Numbered from the stretch's first letter, positions 35,562-46,934 are shown. The stretch: DNA of 64,000 nt from an uncultured Alphaproteobacteria bacterium (GCA_944391415.1 CALXTM010000004.1:27783-91782); one strand, 5' to 3'. Made by a program: numbers and translations. Notes: a model not told the origin generated them from the sequence alone.

Positions 35562-36191
35562 ATGAAGATAATGAAACAGGACATCTTAAATTTAGAAAAT
35601 AAGGTAGTTGGCTCGATTGAACTTGATAAGTCGATTTTCGGACTGGAAGTTTGTGCCGATATCTTGCACCGTGTTGTGGTTTGGCAGTTGGCCAGATTGC
35701 AAGCCGGTACTCACAAGACCAAAGGTCGTTCGGAAGTTGCATTGACTCCTGCCAAACCGTTTAAGCAAAAAGGTGGTGGTCGTGCTCGTCAGGGTTCGCG
35801 TAAGGGCCCGCAATTCCGTAAAGGCGGCGTGGTATTTGGACCGGTTGTTCGTGATCACTCTCATGATTTGACCAAAAAGTTCCGTAAACTTGGTTTGAAG
35901 ACAGCTTTGTCGGCTAAAGCCAAAGAGGGCAATTTGGTTATTATTGACGAGGCTAAATTGGCTGAGCCCAAGACCAAAGATTTGAAGAATAAGTTGGAAG
36001 CTTTGAAACTCAGCAACAGCTTGTTTATCGACGGTAAAGAGGTTGATACCAATTTTGCTTTGGCTTCACGTAACCTGATCGGTGTTGATATTTTGCCGAC
36101 TATTGGTGCTAACGTATACGACATCTTGAGAAAAGAAAAATTGGTCTTGACTAAAGATGCAGTTGTTTGCTTGGGAGAAAGATTGAAATGA
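35562..36191 (+). CDS. rplD: 50S ribosomal protein L4
   Basis: uL4 family ([10 protein letters not shown]... region). It follows rplC. Confidence 0.9.
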   Translation: MKIMKQDILNLENKVVGSIELDKSIFGLEVCADILHRVVVWQLARLQAGTHKTKGRSEVALTPAKPFKQKGGGRARQGSRKGPQFRKGGVVFGPVVRDHSHDLTKKFRKLGLKTALSAKAKEGNLVIIDEAKLAEPKTKDLKNKLEALKLSNSLFIDGKEVDTNFALASRNLIGVDILPTIGANVYDILRKEKLVLTKDAVVCLGERLK

Positions 36192-36505
36192 GTAAGTCTA
36201 AGAAAACAAACGATGTAACTGCTAAAATGTATGACACTTTAGTTCGTCCGGTTATTACCGAAAAGTCTATGCTTTCTTCGGAAAACGGAAAAGTTACGTT
36301 CATTGTTCCTTTGTCTGCCAATAAAGACGAGGTTAAGGCTGCTGTTGAAGCAATCTTTAATGTCAAAGTAAACAAAGTGAATACAATTCGTACAAACGGT
36401 AAGGAAAAAGTTTTCCGCGGTCGTTTGGGTCAGCGTTCTGACTATAAAAAAGCCGTGGTTACGCTTGCCGAAGGTCAAAACATTGATGTTACTACAGGAA
36501 TATAA
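36188..36505 (+). CDS. rplW: 50S ribosomal protein L23
   Basis: uL23 family. The ATG is at 36188 (MSKSKK) and overlaps the rplD end. Confidence 0.85.
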   Translation: MSKSKKTNDVTAKMYDTLVRPVITEKSMLSSENGKVTFIVPLSANKDEVKAAVEAIFNVKVNKVNTIRTNGKEKVFRGRLGQRSDYKKAVVTLAEGQNIDVTTGI

Positions 36506-36508
36506 AAA

Positions 36509-37345
36509 ATGGCATTGAAAAATTATAAGCCCACATCTCCTGGACTTCGTCAGCTCGTTATCGTTGACAGAGGCGAGTTGTACAAAGGAAAACCTGAAAA
36601 ATCATTGACTGTCGGTTTAACAAAGACCGGCGGACGTGATAATTTCGGTCATGTTACCAGTCGTAGAATTGGTGGCGGTCATAAACGCAAATTGCGCGTG
36701 ATTGACTTTAAGCGCAGAAAATTTGATTCAGAGGCTACGGTTGAGAGAATCGAATATGATCCGAATCGTTCGGCTTTTATTGCTTTGATTAGCTATGAGG
36801 ACGGCGAAAAGGCTTATATTTTGGCTCCGCAAAGATTAAAAGCCGGTGATAAAGTTATTTCTTCGGAAAAGGCCGATATCAAACCGGGTAATGCTATGCC
36901 TTTGAAGAATATGCCGGTCGGTACCATCATTCACAACGTCGAATTGAAAGCAGGCAAAGGCGGACAATTGGTTCGTTCGGCCGGATGCTATGCTCAGTTG
37001 GTTGGTAAGGATGCCGGCTATGCTCAATTGAAGTTGAGCTCTGGCGAATTGAGGGCTGTTCGTGAAGAGTGCTTGGCAACTGTCGGCGCTGTTTCGAACC
37101 CCGATAACCAAAACAGATCACTCGGTAAGGCCGGTCGTAACCGTTGGCTTGGTAATCGTCCGGTATCGCGTGGTGTTGCCATGAACCCGGTTGATCACCC
37201 GCATGGTGGTGGTGAAGGTCGTACTTCGGGCGGTCGTCATCCGGTTACTCCTTGGGGTAAACCGACTAAGGGTTATAAGACTCGTACTAACAAAAAGACG
37301 GATAAATTCATTTTGAGAAGCCGTCATGAAAACAAAAAGAAATAA
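36509..37345 (+). CDS. rplB: 50S ribosomal protein L2
   Basis: uL2 conserved blocks ([18 protein letters not shown]). Confidence 0.95.
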   Translation: MALKNYKPTSPGLRQLVIVDRGELYKGKPEKSLTVGLTKTGGRDNFGHVTSRRIGGGHKRKLRVIDFKRRKFDSEATVERIEYDPNRSAFIALISYEDGEKAYILAPQRLKAGDKVISSEKADIKPGNAMPLKNMPVGTIIHNVELKAGKGGQLVRSAGCYAQLVGKDAGYAQLKLSSGELRAVREECLATVGAVSNPDNQNRSLGKAGRNRWLGNRPVSRGVAMNPVDHPHGGGEGRTSGGRHPVTPWGKPTKGYKTRTNKKTDKFILRSRHENKKK

Positions 37346-37357
37346 GGAGAAACGCTA

Positions 37358-37639
37358 ATGACACGTTCCGTATGGAAAGGGCCGTTTGTTGATGGCTATC
37401 TTCTGAAAAAAGCTGAGGCTGCTAGAGCTTCCAAGCGTAATGAAGTGATTAAAATTTGGTCTCGCCGTTCAACCATGTTGCCGCAATTTGTCGGTTTAAC
37501 ATTCGGTGTACACAATGGTCACAAGTTCATCCCGGTATTGGTTACCGAGGATATGATTGGTCATAAATTCGGTGAGTTTGCGCCGACCCGTACTTTCTAC
37601 GGTCACGCAGCTGACAAAAAAGCTAAGAGAGGTGAATAA
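37358..37639 (+). CDS. rpsS: 30S ribosomal protein S19
   Basis: [12 protein letters not shown]... is the uS19 signature. Confidence 0.9.
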   Translation: MTRSVWKGPFVDGYLLKKAEAARASKRNEVIKIWSRRSTMLPQFVGLTFGVHNGHKFIPVLVTEDMIGHKFGEFAPTRTFYGHAADKKAKRGE

Positions 37640-38013
37640 TGAGTAAAGCTAAAAGTGCCAGAAGAGTAGAGGCTAACGAGGCTTTGGCCGTTTGCCATTC
37701 TATTCGCACCTCTTCGCGCAAGTTGAATTTGGTGGCTCAATCAATCAGAGGCTTGAGTGCATCTAAGGCTGTGGCCGAGCTCAGCTTTTCGAAAAGAAGA
37801 ATTGCTAAGGTCGCTTTGGCTGTATTGCAATCTGCAATTGCCAATGCCGAAAATAACCACCAATTAAATATTGATAAGCTTGTTGTTAAGGAAGCTTATG
37901 TTGGTAAAGGTTTAGTTATGAAACGTATGCATGCACGCGGTCGCGGCAGAGGGGCAAGAGTATTGAAGCCTTTCTCAAGCATGACAGTTGTTGTTGCAGA
38001 GCGTGGGGAGTAA
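37639..38013 (+). CDS. rplV: 50S ribosomal protein L22
   Basis: uL22 family; position in operon. Confidence 0.9.
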   Translation: MSKAKSARRVEANEALAVCHSIRTSSRKLNLVAQSIRGLSASKAVAELSFSKRRIAKVALAVLQSAIANAENNHQLNIDKLVVKEAYVGKGLVMKRMHARGRGRGARVLKPFSSMTVVVAERGE

Positions 38014-38017
38014 TCTG

Positions 38018-38686
38018 ATGGGACAAAAAGTAAATCCTACCAGTCTTCGTCTTGGAGTTAACCGTACTTGGGACTCTCGTTGGTATGCTGATGACAAATA
38101 TGCAGATTACCTTCACGAAGACGTTAAAATTAAAGAAATGTTGAAAGAAAAATTGGCTCAGGCCGGTGTAAGCAAGATTGTTATTGAACGTCCTGCCAAA
38201 AAGGCCAGAGTTACAATTCATTCTGCAAGACCAGGTGTTGTAATTGGCAAAAAAGGCCAGGATATTGAGGTTTTGAGAAAAGAAATCCAAAAACTGACCG
38301 ATTCAGAAGTTCAATTGAACATCTTGGAAGTTAGAAAACCTGAGTTGGATGCACAATTGGTTGCAGACAGCGTTGCTCAGCAATTGGAACGCCGTGTGGC
38401 TTTCCGTCGCGCAATGAAACGCGTTATGCAGTCAGCTTTACGCTTGGGTGCTGAGGGTATTAAGGTTGCTTGCTCGGGACGTTTGGGCGGTGCCGAAATT
38501 GCCAGAACCGAACATTATCGTGAAGGCAGAGTACCTTTGCACACTTTGCGTGCTGACATTGATTATGCTACCTCAACAGCTCATACAACTTATGGTGCCT
38601 GTGGTGTAAAAGTTTGGATCTATAAAGGCGAAATTATGGCTCATGATCCGATGGCGCAGGACAAAAAGTTGGCTGAACAGAAATAA
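38018..38686 (+). CDS. rpsC: 30S ribosomal protein S3
   Basis: [14 protein letters not shown]... is the uS3 start; ATG at 38018. Confidence 0.9.
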   Translation: MGQKVNPTSLRLGVNRTWDSRWYADDKYADYLHEDVKIKEMLKEKLAQAGVSKIVIERPAKKARVTIHSARPGVVIGKKGQDIEVLRKEIQKLTDSEVQLNILEVRKPELDAQLVADSVAQQLERRVAFRRAMKRVMQSALRLGAEGIKVACSGRLGGAEIARTEHYREGRVPLHTLRADIDYATSTAHTTYGACGVKVWIYKGEIMAHDPMAQDKKLAEQK

Positions 38687-38699
38687 TGGGTGAATAGAA

Positions 38700-39128
38700 A
38701 TGTTAAGTCCAAAGAGATTAAAATTCCGCAAACAGCATAAAGGTCGTATTCACGGCCTGGCCAAAGGCGGATCAGAATTGAGTTTTGGTTCATACGGCTT
38801 GAAAGCTTTGACACCTGATCGTATTACAGCTCGTCAGATTGAGGCAGCTCGTCGTGCGATTACTCGTGAGATGAAAAGAATTGGTCAGTTGTGGATCAGA
38901 ATTTTCCCAGATGTTCCGGTGTCGGATAAACCGGCTGAGGTTCGTATGGGTAAAGGTAAAGGCTCCGTTGAGTTCTGGGCTGCCAGAGTTAAACCGGGAC
39001 GCATCCTGTTTGAGTGCGAAGGTATTGATGAAGCTACGGCTCGTCAGGCTTTTGCCTTGGGTGCTGCAAAGTTGCCGATTAAAACCAAGTTTGTGAAAAA
39101 ACTTAATTCAGAACTGGGAGCAGAATAA
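38700..39128 (+). CDS. rplP: 50S ribosomal protein L16
   Basis: [16 protein letters not shown]... is the uL16 signature. Confidence 0.9.
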   Translation: MLSPKRLKFRKQHKGRIHGLAKGGSELSFGSYGLKALTPDRITARQIEAARRAITREMKRIGQLWIRIFPDVPVSDKPAEVRMGKGKGSVEFWAARVKPGRILFECEGIDEATARQAFALGAAKLPIKTKFVKKLNSELGAE

Positions 39129-39322
39129 TGGTAAAAACTAAAGATCTTCGCGCTATGAGTTTGGATGAATTGGAAGCTAAATTGCTTGAATGCAAAAAAG
39201 AGCAGTTTAACTTGAGAGTTCAACAATCTACCGGCCAATTGCAAAACACAGCTCAGCTGGCAAAAGTCCGCAAAGAAGTAGCCAAAATCAACACGCTCAT
39301 CACTGAGCGCAAGAAGAATTAA
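39128..39322 (+). CDS. rpmC: 50S ribosomal protein L29
   Basis: 64 aa; uL29 helical protein in the expected position. Confidence 0.85.
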   Translation: MVKTKDLRAMSLDELEAKLLECKKEQFNLRVQQSTGQLQNTAQLAKVRKEVAKINTLITERKKN

Positions 39323-39338
39323 TTAAAGGAGAAATATT

Positions 39339-39575
39339 ATGCCTAAAAGAATTCTTCAAGGTGTTGTTGTTAGTGATAAGCAGGATAAGACTGTCGTGGT
39401 CAGCGTAGAGCGTCAGATTATGCATCCTGTTTATAAAAAGTTCATCAAGAAAAGCAAAAAATATGCTGCTCATGATGAGAATAATCAGTTCAAAGTCGGT
39501 GATACGGTTCGTATTGAAGAATGCGCTCCTAAGTCAAAGACCAAAACTTGGACTGTAATCGTTGATAACGCCTAA
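39339..39575 (+). CDS. rpsQ: 30S ribosomal protein S17
   Basis: 78 aa; uS17 OB-fold ([14 protein letters not shown]). Confidence 0.9.
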   Translation: MPKRILQGVVVSDKQDKTVVVSVERQIMHPVYKKFIKKSKKYAAHDENNQFKVGDTVRIEECAPKSKTKTWTVIVDNA

Positions 39576-39593
39576 GAGAAAAGGAATTAGAAA

Positions 39594-39962
39594 ATGATAC
39601 AGATGCAAACCAACCTCGATGTCGCCGACAACTCTGGTGCTCGTCAGGTGCAGTGCATTAAAGTTCTTGGCGGTTCCAAGAGAATGCACGCCTCTGTTGG
39701 CGATGTAATCGTGGTCTCGATTAAAGATGCGATTCCAAAGGGTCGTGTTAAAAAAGGTGATGTTGCCAAAGCCGTTATTGTTCGTACGGCATCCGACATC
39801 AGACGTAAAGACGGATCGGTTATCCGTTTTGACAAAAATGCTGCAGTTCTCATCAATAAGGACGGTGAGCCGATTGGTACTCGTATCTTCGGCCCTGTTA
39901 CCAGAGAGCTCAGAACCAAGAAATTTATGAAAATTATTTCATTAGCACCGGAGGTATTATAA
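39594..39962 (+). CDS. rplN: 50S ribosomal protein L14
   Basis: [17 protein letters not shown]... is the uL14 signature. Confidence 0.95.
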   Translation: MIQMQTNLDVADNSGARQVQCIKVLGGSKRMHASVGDVIVVSIKDAIPKGRVKKGDVAKAVIVRTASDIRRKDGSVIRFDKNAAVLINKDGEPIGTRIFGPVTRELRTKKFMKIISLAPEVL

Positions 39963-40270
39963 TGCCTAAGTTGAAAATTAAAAAGGGCGACCAAGTTGTC
40001 GTTTTGTCAGGTGATGACAAGGGCAAAACTGGTGAAGTATTGAAAGCAATGCCGAAAGAAAACAAAGTTGTTGTTCAAGGCGTAAATTTGGTTAAAAGAC
40101 ACACCAAACCGAGCCAGACCAACCCAGGAGGTATTGTCTCGAAAGAAGCACCCATTAACGTCTCTAAAGTAGCTTATGTTAAAGACGGTAAACCGTCTAA
40201 GATCGGCTACAAAGAAGTTAAAGGCAAAAAAGTGCGTGTTGCTCGTAAAACCGGTGACGTAATCGATTAA
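39962..40270 (+). CDS. rplX: 50S ribosomal protein L24
   Basis: [20 protein letters not shown] is the KOW motif of uL24. Confidence 0.9.
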   Translation: MPKLKIKKGDQVVVLSGDDKGKTGEVLKAMPKENKVVVQGVNLVKRHTKPSQTNPGGIVSKEAPINVSKVAYVKDGKPSKIGYKEVKGKKVRVARKTGDVID

Positions 40271-40284
40271 TGGGAGAAAAATTT

Positions 40285-40824
40285 ATGGCAAATTTTGAAG
40301 ACTTATACAATCAGGTCATAAAAAAATCTCTTGTGGAAAAATTCGGTTACACTAACCCACATGAGATTCCTAAGTTGACAAAGATTGTTTTGAACATCGG
40401 TGTCGGTGATGCCGTTACCGATAAAAAGAAACTGAACAATGCCGTTGAAGAGTTGGCCTTGATTGCCGGACAAAAGCCGGTTGTTACGACTGCTCGCAAA
40501 TCAATCGCGACATTCAAGGTAAGAGCCGGTATGCCGATTGGCTGCAAAGTTACTTTGCGCTCTACCAGAATGTATGAATTCTTGGAGAGATTGATTAATA
40601 TGGCATTGCCGCGTGTCAGAGACTTTCATGGTATTTCGGGAAAGAATTTTGACGGCAGAGGAAACTTTGCTTTCGGAATTAAAGAGCAAATTATCTTCCC
40701 CGAGATTGACTATGATAAAGTTGAGAATATCAGAGGTATGGATATTTGCATTTGCACTTCGGCCAAAACCGATGAAGAAGCCAAAGCTCTGTTGACCGGC
40801 TTTAACCTACCTTATAAGAAATAA
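40285..40824 (+). CDS. rplE: 50S ribosomal protein L5
   Basis: uL5 family; the probable ATG is at 40285 within the ORF that opens at 40270. Confidence 0.9.
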   Translation: MANFEDLYNQVIKKSLVEKFGYTNPHEIPKLTKIVLNIGVGDAVTDKKKLNNAVEELALIAGQKPVVTTARKSIATFKVRAGMPIGCKVTLRSTRMYEFLERLINMALPRVRDFHGISGKNFDGRGNFAFGIKEQIIFPEIDYDKVENIRGMDICICTSAKTDEEAKALLTGFNLPYKK

Positions 40825-40838
40825 GTGGAGAGAAACAC

Positions 40839-41144
40839 ATGGCAAAAACAAGTTCAGTTTACAGAAACTTGAAAAGAGCAGAGATGGCGAAGAAATATGC
40901 TTCTCGTCGTAATAAGCTCAAAAAAATAGTTATGGATAAAACCATCTCTCCGGAAGAGAGATTCCAGGCTACTTTGAAATTGGCCGAGATGCCGCGCAAT
41001 TCTGCAAAAATCAGATACAGAAACCGTTGCAAATTGACGGGGCGTTCTCGTGGTGTTTACCGGAAATTCGGCTTGTCGCGTGTTGAATTGCGTGATATGG
41101 CAAGCTTTGGTGAAATTCCGGGATTGGTTAAATCAAGCTGGTAG
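40839..41144 (+). CDS. rpsN: 30S ribosomal protein S14 (long form)
   Basis: 101 aa; uS14 C-terminal RxxGxxPGxxKSSW. Confidence 0.9.
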   Translation: MAKTSSVYRNLKRAEMAKKYASRRNKLKKIVMDKTISPEERFQATLKLAEMPRNSAKIRYRNRCKLTGRSRGVYRKFGLSRVELRDMASFGEIPGLVKSSW

Positions 41145-41155
41145 GAGATTCGAAT

Positions 41156-41554
41156 ATGTCAATGACAGATCCTTTGGGCGATATGCTCACACGCATTAGA
41201 AACGCACAAAGAGCTAAGAAGAGTGAAGTCGTATCACCTGCTTCTCGCTTGCGTGAAAATGTGTTGGAAGTTTTGAAAAAAGAGGGATATATCTTGGGCT
41301 ATGAAAAGACCAATGTTCGTCCCGGTATTGATGAACTTCACATTAAATTGAAGTATCATGAAGGTGCTTCGGTAATTACGGAAATTTTCCGTGTATCTAC
41401 TCCGGGAAGAAGAGTTTATTCTTCGGTTAAAGATTTGCCCAGAGTTTATAACGGACTTGGTATTTCCATTATTTCGACCCCGCAAGGTGTTATGAGCGAC
41501 AATGATGCTCGTAAGGCCAATGTCGGCGGTGAAATTTTGTGCCAAGTATTTTAA
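41156..41554 (+). CDS. rpsH: 30S ribosomal protein S8
   Basis: [17 protein letters not shown]... is the uS8 signature. Confidence 0.9.
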   Translation: MSMTDPLGDMLTRIRNAQRAKKSEVVSPASRLRENVLEVLKKEGYILGYEKTNVRPGIDELHIKLKYHEGASVITEIFRVSTPGRRVYSSVKDLPRVYNGLGISIISTPQGVMSDNDARKANVGGEILCQVF

Positions 41555-41569
41555 GGGGAGGAATACAAG

Positions 41570-42106
41570 ATGTCTAGAGTTGGAAAATATCCTGTCGTCA
41601 TCCCTGAGGGTGTTAGTGTTACAGTTGCTAACGGTAATGTATCGGTTAAGGGTAAAAACGGTGAGTTGTCTTGCCATTATGATGCCGATCACGTAGCAGT
41701 AGCATTGGAAGATGGAAAGGTTGTCGTTACACCAAAAGCTGAGACCAAAGAGGCTCGGGCTTTGTGGGGAACAACCAGAGCCAATATTAATACCTTGGTT
41801 AAAGGTGTTCATGATGGCTTTACTAAAGAATTGGAGCTGATCGGTGTTGGTTACAAAGCTCGTGTTGAGGGGAATAAATTGATTTTGTCTTTGGGTTTCT
41901 CTCATGATATTACGATTGAAACTCCAAAGGGTTTGAAAATAACCTGTGCATCGCCGACACAAATCAGCATCTTTGGTGCAGATAAACAACTTGTCGGTCA
42001 AACCGCGTCGGAAATTCGTGCTTGGAGAAAACCTGAGCCTTATAAAGGAAAAGGGGTTAAATATATCGGCGAATATGTCCGTCGTAAAGAAGGCAAGAAG
42101 AAATAA
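41570..42106 (+). CDS. rplF: 50S ribosomal protein L6
   Basis: MSRVGKYPVVIPEGV... is the uL6 signature. Confidence 0.9.
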   Translation: MSRVGKYPVVIPEGVSVTVANGNVSVKGKNGELSCHYDADHVAVALEDGKVVVTPKAETKEARALWGTTRANINTLVKGVHDGFTKELELIGVGYKARVEGNKLILSLGFSHDITIETPKGLKITCASPTQISIFGADKQLVGQTASEIRAWRKPEPYKGKGVKYIGEYVRRKEGKKK

Positions 42107-42118
42107 GGATAAATAAAG

Positions 42119-42481
42119 ATGAGTACACCAAGAGAATTGTTTGAAAAGAGAAAAGGCCGTATTCGGTCTGCTCTGAAAAAGGCTGCAAACGGCAAAATGA
42201 GATTGTCGGTTTTTCGCAGCGGAAAACATATGTATGCTCAGATTATTGACGATACAAAGGGCGTAACGGTTGCATCTGCTTCTACCTTGGATAAGGAAGT
42301 AAGAGACAGCTTGAAAAAGACCGCTACAACCGAGGCTGCAAGTTTTGTTGGTAAGTTGATAGCAGAACGTGCCGTTAAATCTGGCGTAACAGAGGTTGTC
42401 TTTGATCGCGGCGGTTATATTTATCATGGCCGTGTCAAGGCTTTGGCTGATGCAGCACGCAGTGCTGGTTTGAAATTCTAA
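42119..42481 (+). CDS. rplR: 50S ribosomal protein L18
   Basis: uL18 family; position in operon. Confidence 0.9.
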   Translation: MSTPRELFEKRKGRIRSALKKAANGKMRLSVFRSGKHMYAQIIDDTKGVTVASASTLDKEVRDSLKKTATTEAASFVGKLIAERAVKSGVTEVVFDRGGYIYHGRVKALADAARSAGLKF

Positions 42482-42493
42482 GGGAGAGTAAAA

Positions 42494-43060
42494 ATGGCAC
42501 AACAAGCTGTAGAACAACGCCACAATAAAGTGGAAAAGAAAGATGAGCTGATTGAAAAATTGGTTCATGTTAACCGTGTAGCCAAAACTGTTAAAGGCGG
42601 ACGCACAATGTCGTTTGCTGCAGTTGTGGTTGTCGGTGATCAAAAAGGACGCGTCGGTTTCGGTTCGGGTAAAGCTGCAGAAGTTCCTGAGGCTATTACC
42701 AAAGCAACCAATGAGGCCAAAAGAAATATGATCCGCATTCCGCTCCGTGAGGGCAGAACTTTGCATCATGATGTTGCAGGACGCTATGGCGCAGGTAAGG
42801 TTTATTTGAGAACAGCTCCTGCCGGTACCGGTGTTATTGTCGGCGGCCCGATGCGTGCGGTATTTGAAGTTTTGGGCGTTCAGGACGTAGTTGCCAAATC
42901 AGTAGGTTCTAATAACCCCTACAACATGATTAAGGCTACTTTTAATGCTCTTGAGTCGATTAATTCACCAAGAATGGTTGCGGCAAAACGCGGCAAAAAG
43001 GTTGGAGATATCGTATCGCGTCGTGAAAACTCGAATTCTAAATCAGCAGAGGAGGCTTAA
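42494..43060 (+). CDS. rpsE: 30S ribosomal protein S5
   Basis: uS5 dsRBD and C-terminal domain ([25 protein letters not shown]). Confidence 0.9.
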   Translation: MAQQAVEQRHNKVEKKDELIEKLVHVNRVAKTVKGGRTMSFAAVVVVGDQKGRVGFGSGKAAEVPEAITKATNEAKRNMIRIPLREGRTLHHDVAGRYGAGKVYLRTAPAGTGVIVGGPMRAVFEVLGVQDVVAKSVGSNNPYNMIKATFNALESINSPRMVAAKRGKKVGDIVSRRENSNSKSAEEA

Positions 43061-43063
43061 TCA

Positions 43064-43246
43064 ATGGCTAAGAAAACTATTAAAGTTACGCAGATTGCAA
43101 GCCCGATCGGCAAACCTAAAGACCAAAGAGCGACTCTTGTCGGCCTTGGTTTGAACAAAATGCACAAGGTTTCTGAACTGGAAGATACTCCGGCTGTTCG
43201 CGGAATGATCAGAAAAGTTCAGCATCTGGTTAAGGTTGAAGAATAG
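43064..43246 (+). CDS. rpmD: 50S ribosomal protein L30
   Basis: 60 aa; [13 protein letters not shown]...ATLVGLGL is the uL30 signature. Confidence 0.85.
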   Translation: MAKKTIKVTQIASPIGKPKDQRATLVGLGLNKMHKVSELEDTPAVRGMIRKVQHLVKVEE

Positions 43247-43396
43247 TAAAGGATTGCAAAAGGGCTGTCATGCTTGGAATTTTATCGCTTGTGTAGCTAT
43301 TTGTACACCGCACTCTAAAATCCCTGCGCAGCACAGCCCTTTATCAACCCTTTCTTTAGAGTATAAAATTAAGTTTTATTTGATAGGATTAAAACA

Positions 43397-43852
43397 ATGA
43401 AACTCAATGAAATTAGAGATAACGAAGGCGCCAGAAAACCTCGCAAACGCGTTGCTCGCGGTATTGGCAGCGGCTCAGGCAAAACTGCCGGTCGTGGTCA
43501 AAAGGGCCAAAAATCGCGTTCTGGTGTTGCCGTTAACGGTTTTGAAGGCGGTCAGATGCCGGTTTACCGTAGATTGCCAAAACGTGGTTTTAAAAATCAC
43601 TTTGCTAAGGAATTTGCCGTAGTTAATTTGGATACTATCCAAAAGGCTGTTGATGCCGGAAAATTGAATGCCGATGATGTTAATATCGATGCTTTGCTCA
43701 AGGCAGGTATTGTTTCGGATAAGATGGACGGAGTTCGCTTGTTGGCCAGAGGTGCAATCACCTCTAAGGTTAGCGTAAGCGTTAACTCGGCATCGAAATC
43801 GGCGGTTGCCGCAGTTGAAAAAGCAGGCGGTAAAGTTAATATCGTTGCTTAA
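43397..43852 (+). CDS. rplO: 50S ribosomal protein L15
   Basis: [14 protein letters not shown]...[12 protein letters not shown] is the uL15 signature. Confidence 0.9.
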   Translation: MKLNEIRDNEGARKPRKRVARGIGSGSGKTAGRGQKGQKSRSGVAVNGFEGGQMPVYRRLPKRGFKNHFAKEFAVVNLDTIQKAVDAGKLNADDVNIDALLKAGIVSDKMDGVRLLARGAITSKVSVSVNSASKSAVAAVEKAGGKVNIVA

Positions 43853-43875
43853 GAAATAAAGCGGATATTTAATCT

Positions 43876-43908
43876 AAAAAAGCGGTTCATGAAAATGAGC
43901 CGCTTTTT
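43876..43908 (+). terminator. intrinsic terminator after rplO
   Basis: AGCGGTTCAT gaaa ATGAGCCGCT followed by TTTTTGG. Confidence 0.7.
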
Positions 43909-43938
43909 GGGGGTGTAAATTATTTATTCTAAAGGTGA

Positions 43939-44496
43939 TTATTTGTCGGGAGTGTATAAATATACTTTTGCTTTTATAAAACCCCAGGTGATACTGATCT
44001 CTGATTTTAATTTTATGCCGGCAAGCTTGAATACTTCGGATATAACAAGACTGCCTTTGGTTAATTCTTTATTTAATTTACTGCCAATTTTTTCTTCAAT
44101 ACCGGTTCCGAAATAACACAGCACCAAGTCGTACTTGCTTAAATCTTCCTTAAAAAAATCGCGGTAGAGAATTGTTACATTGGGCAGATTGCGGGTTTTG
44201 TATACTGCAAGCATGTAAGGAATGATATCCCATTCATAACCTACAAATTCCGTATCGGGGAATTGACGCGCCAGAGGAATGAGCAGACTGCCGGAGCCAC
44301 AGCCCAAATCGGCTGCTTTGGCTTGAGGATTTTGGTTTATAAACAATCCTGCCTGCGTGATTACTTCTTGTTTGGGACGACCAAAAGAAGCAATAAACGG
44401 CGGGTTTTTGCCATTGCTTTTTATAAAATAAAATATTAGCCAAATATTCAATAGACATGCAATGGCAAAGATAACAAAGGAGAAGTATAGTAACAT
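43939..44496 (-). CDS. membrane-anchored class I SAM-dependent methyltransferase
   Basis: 185 aa with an N-terminal TM helix and motif I (DLGCGSGSL). It is inserted antisense between rplO and secY. Confidence 0.65.
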   Translation of the reverse strand: MLLYFSFVIFAIACLLNIWLIFYFIKSNGKNPPFIASFGRPKQEVITQAGLFINQNPQAKAADLGCGSGSLLIPLARQFPDTEFVGYEWDIIPYMLAVYKTRNLPNVTILYRDFFKEDLSKYDLVLCYFGTGIEEKIGSKLNKELTKGSLVISEVFKLAGIKLKSEISITWGFIKAKVYLYTPDK

Positions 44497-44854
44497 ATGT
44501 GCAGATCCATCTTATTAAAAAAGCCGCCGTTTAAAAAGGCGACTGGAAGTTGGTAACTACCGAAAGATAATGCGACATATTGACTGAAATAGCGTATTTT
44601 GCCGCCTTCCAGTCATGAAAGACTTTCAGGCGTGCAAATGTTTCGTCTTTACACAAATAGACGCTTTCGGAGAGGTTACCACACCCCAGAACATTGTTAA
44701 AAATTGTTCTGATGTGGAATTTATAGAATTTTGCTTAAAATGTAAAGAGGTTTTATTGCAAGAATAAATATATCAAAAATGTAATTTGCGTGGTGTAAGT
44801 GGATAATTTTGTTGAATTAAAAATTTTTTAGTGTATTAATATCTTAGCTTAAAA

Positions 44855-44884
44855 GGACTCTGTGTTTGAGTCCGTGGTTTTTTG
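44855..44884 (+). promoter_or_regulatory. terminator-like hairpin immediately upstream of secY (possible leader attenuator)
   Basis: GGACTC tgtgttt GAGTCC, then GTGG plus T7, ending 25 nt before the secY ATG. Confidence 0.35.
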
Positions 44885-44909
44885 TATTTAAAAAGTAAGG
44901 ATTGTTAAA

Positions 44910-46259
44910 ATGGTTTCATTAGCAGAAAAAATGGCCGCAAATATGGATATGTCAGCATTCAGTAAAGCTGATGAGTTGAAAAAAAGATTGTGGTTTACCG
45001 TCTTGGCTCTTATCGTATTTAGAATTGGTACTTTTGTGCCGCTGCCCGGTATTGATCCGACAATCGTGGCTGAGTTGTTTAATCGCAATTCCAACGGACT
45101 TTTGGGAATGTTTAATATGTTTGCCGGTGGTGCTTTGGAACGTATGACCATCTTTGCGCTTAATATTATGCCATATATCTCGGCATCAATCATTGTCCAA
45201 TTGGGGCAATCGATTATTCCATCATTACAATCTTTGAAAAAAGAGGGTGAGGCCGGGCACCGCAAAATTACCCAATATACCCGCTATTTGACAGTACTTA
45301 TTACCATTATCCAAGGCTATGGTATTGCCGTTGGTCTGGAGAGTATGAGTAATTCGGCCGGAATGTCTGCCGTATTGTTGCCGGGGGCATTATTTAAGTT
45401 TACTACCATTGTGTCGCTGGTCGGCGGTACGATGTTTATTGTATGGCTTGGGGAGCAGATTACGGCAAGAGGCGTCGGGAATGGCTCGTCGCTTATCATT
45501 ACGGTTGGTATTATTGCCAATATTCCGTCGGCCTTGGCGCAGACTTTTGAGTTGGGAAGAGTTGGCTCAATGTCGGCCGGTGTCATTTTGATGTTGTTGG
45601 TAATGGCAATTGCTTTGATTTATCTTATTATCTTTGTTGAAAGAGCTCAACGCAAAATTATTATTCAATATCCTAAGCGTCAGGCTATGGGCAGAATGAG
45701 TGCAGCCGAAAGTTCGCACCTGCCTTTGAAGATTAACCCGACAGGTGTTATTCCGCCGATTTTTGCCAGCTCATTGCTTTTGTTACCGATTACAATTGCT
45801 AATTTGAGTGCCGAAAACGGACCGTCTTGGGTGCAGACGTTGTCGCAAATGTTGGGTCATGGGCAGCCGTTGTATTTGACATTGTATGCGTTTTTGATTG
45901 CGTTCTTTGCATTCTTTTATACCGCTATTGTGTTTAATCCGGAAGAAACAGCTGAAAATTTGAAAAAACACGGTGGTTTTGTTGCCGGTATCAGACCCGG
46001 TAAAAACACGGCTGAATATTTGGACTATGTGATTACCAGATTGACGGTTTTGGGAGCGGCTTATTTGGTGGGCTTATGTATTTTGCCGGAAATTTTGATT
46101 GCTAAATTGTCTGTGCCGTTTATTTTGGGCGGTACAACCCTGCTTATCGTGGTTCAAGTGACAATGGATTTTGTCGGGCAGATACAGTCGCATTTGATTG
46201 CTTATCAATATGAATCGTTAATCCGCAAGGCATCGTTGGCAACAAAAAAGAGAAGATAA
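44910..46259 (+). CDS. secY: preprotein translocase subunit SecY
   Basis: 449 aa with 10 TM helices and conserved SecY blocks. Confidence 0.95.
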   Translation: MVSLAEKMAANMDMSAFSKADELKKRLWFTVLALIVFRIGTFVPLPGIDPTIVAELFNRNSNGLLGMFNMFAGGALERMTIFALNIMPYISASIIVQLGQSIIPSLQSLKKEGEAGHRKITQYTRYLTVLITIIQGYGIAVGLESMSNSAGMSAVLLPGALFKFTTIVSLVGGTMFIVWLGEQITARGVGNGSSLIITVGIIANIPSALAQTFELGRVGSMSAGVILMLLVMAIALIYLIIFVERAQRKIIIQYPKRQAMGRMSAAESSHLPLKINPTGVIPPIFASSLLLLPITIANLSAENGPSWVQTLSQMLGHGQPLYLTLYAFLIAFFAFFYTAIVFNPEETAENLKKHGGFVAGIRPGKNTAEYLDYVITRLTVLGAAYLVGLCILPEILIAKLSVPFILGGTTLLIVVQVTMDFVGQIQSHLIAYQYESLIRKASLATKKRR

Positions 46260-46262
46260 AAC

Positions 46263-46934
46263 ATGAGCACAAAAAATTCGGGACTGCGAATCGTTTTAAC
46301 CGGAGCTCCCGGTTGCGGTAAAGGTACTCAGGCCAGATTGTTAAAAGAAAAATTGCAAATTCCGCATTTGTCAACTGGTGAAATGTTGCGGGCCGAGGCG
46401 CAGACCGGTTCGGCCTTGGGGTCGCAGATAAAGGCCTTGATAGATAAAGGCAATTTGGTCCCTGATGAGATGATTATTGATATGCTGTCAAAACGAATCG
46501 AAAATAAAGACTGTGAAAACGGTTTTATTTTGGATGGATTTCCGCGTACGTTACCGCAAGCCAAAGCTTTGGATAAGATGTTGAAAGATAAAGACATTAA
46601 GCTTGATGCTGTAATAGAAATACAGGTGCCGGACGAAATTATTATGGAACGTATTTTGGGGCGCTATGCCTGCATGAAATGTGGTCAGGGATATCATGAC
46701 AAATATCAAAAGCCTAAAGTATATGGGGTTTGTGATGTTTGCGGCGGAACAGAATTTTATCGCCGAATCGATGACAACAGAACAACCGTGCAAAATCGAC
46801 TCGTCAATTATCGGGCTTTGACCTATCCGACAATACCATATTTTGAAAAAGAAGGTTTGCTCAAATGTGTGGACGGAACAGGCTCAATCGAAGCAGTAGC
46901 AAAGAAAATTGACAGTTTGTTGGGTATTAAGTAG
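46263..46934 (+). CDS. adk: adenylate kinase (zinc-lid type)
   Basis: P-loop GAPGCGKGTQ; lid cysteines CMKCG...CDVCGG. Confidence 0.9.
   Translation: MSTKNSGLRIVLTGAPGCGKGTQARLLKEKLQIPHLSTGEMLRAEAQTGSALGSQIKALIDKGNLVPDEMIIDMLSKRIENKDCENGFILDGFPRTLPQAKALDKMLKDKDIKLDAVIEIQVPDEIIMERILGRYACMKCGQGYHDKYQKPKVYGVCDVCGGTEFYRRIDDNRTTVQNRLVNYRALTYPTIPYFEKEGLLKCVDGTGSIEAVAKKIDSLLGIK

Noticed and set aside
41234-42769. 511-aa minus-strand ORF antisense to rpsH-rplF-rplR-rpsE
   Set aside because: It lies entirely antisense to four highly conserved ribosomal protein genes. It is low-complexity and Cys/Phe/Ser-rich, typical of spurious antisense frames in purine-rich coding DNA.
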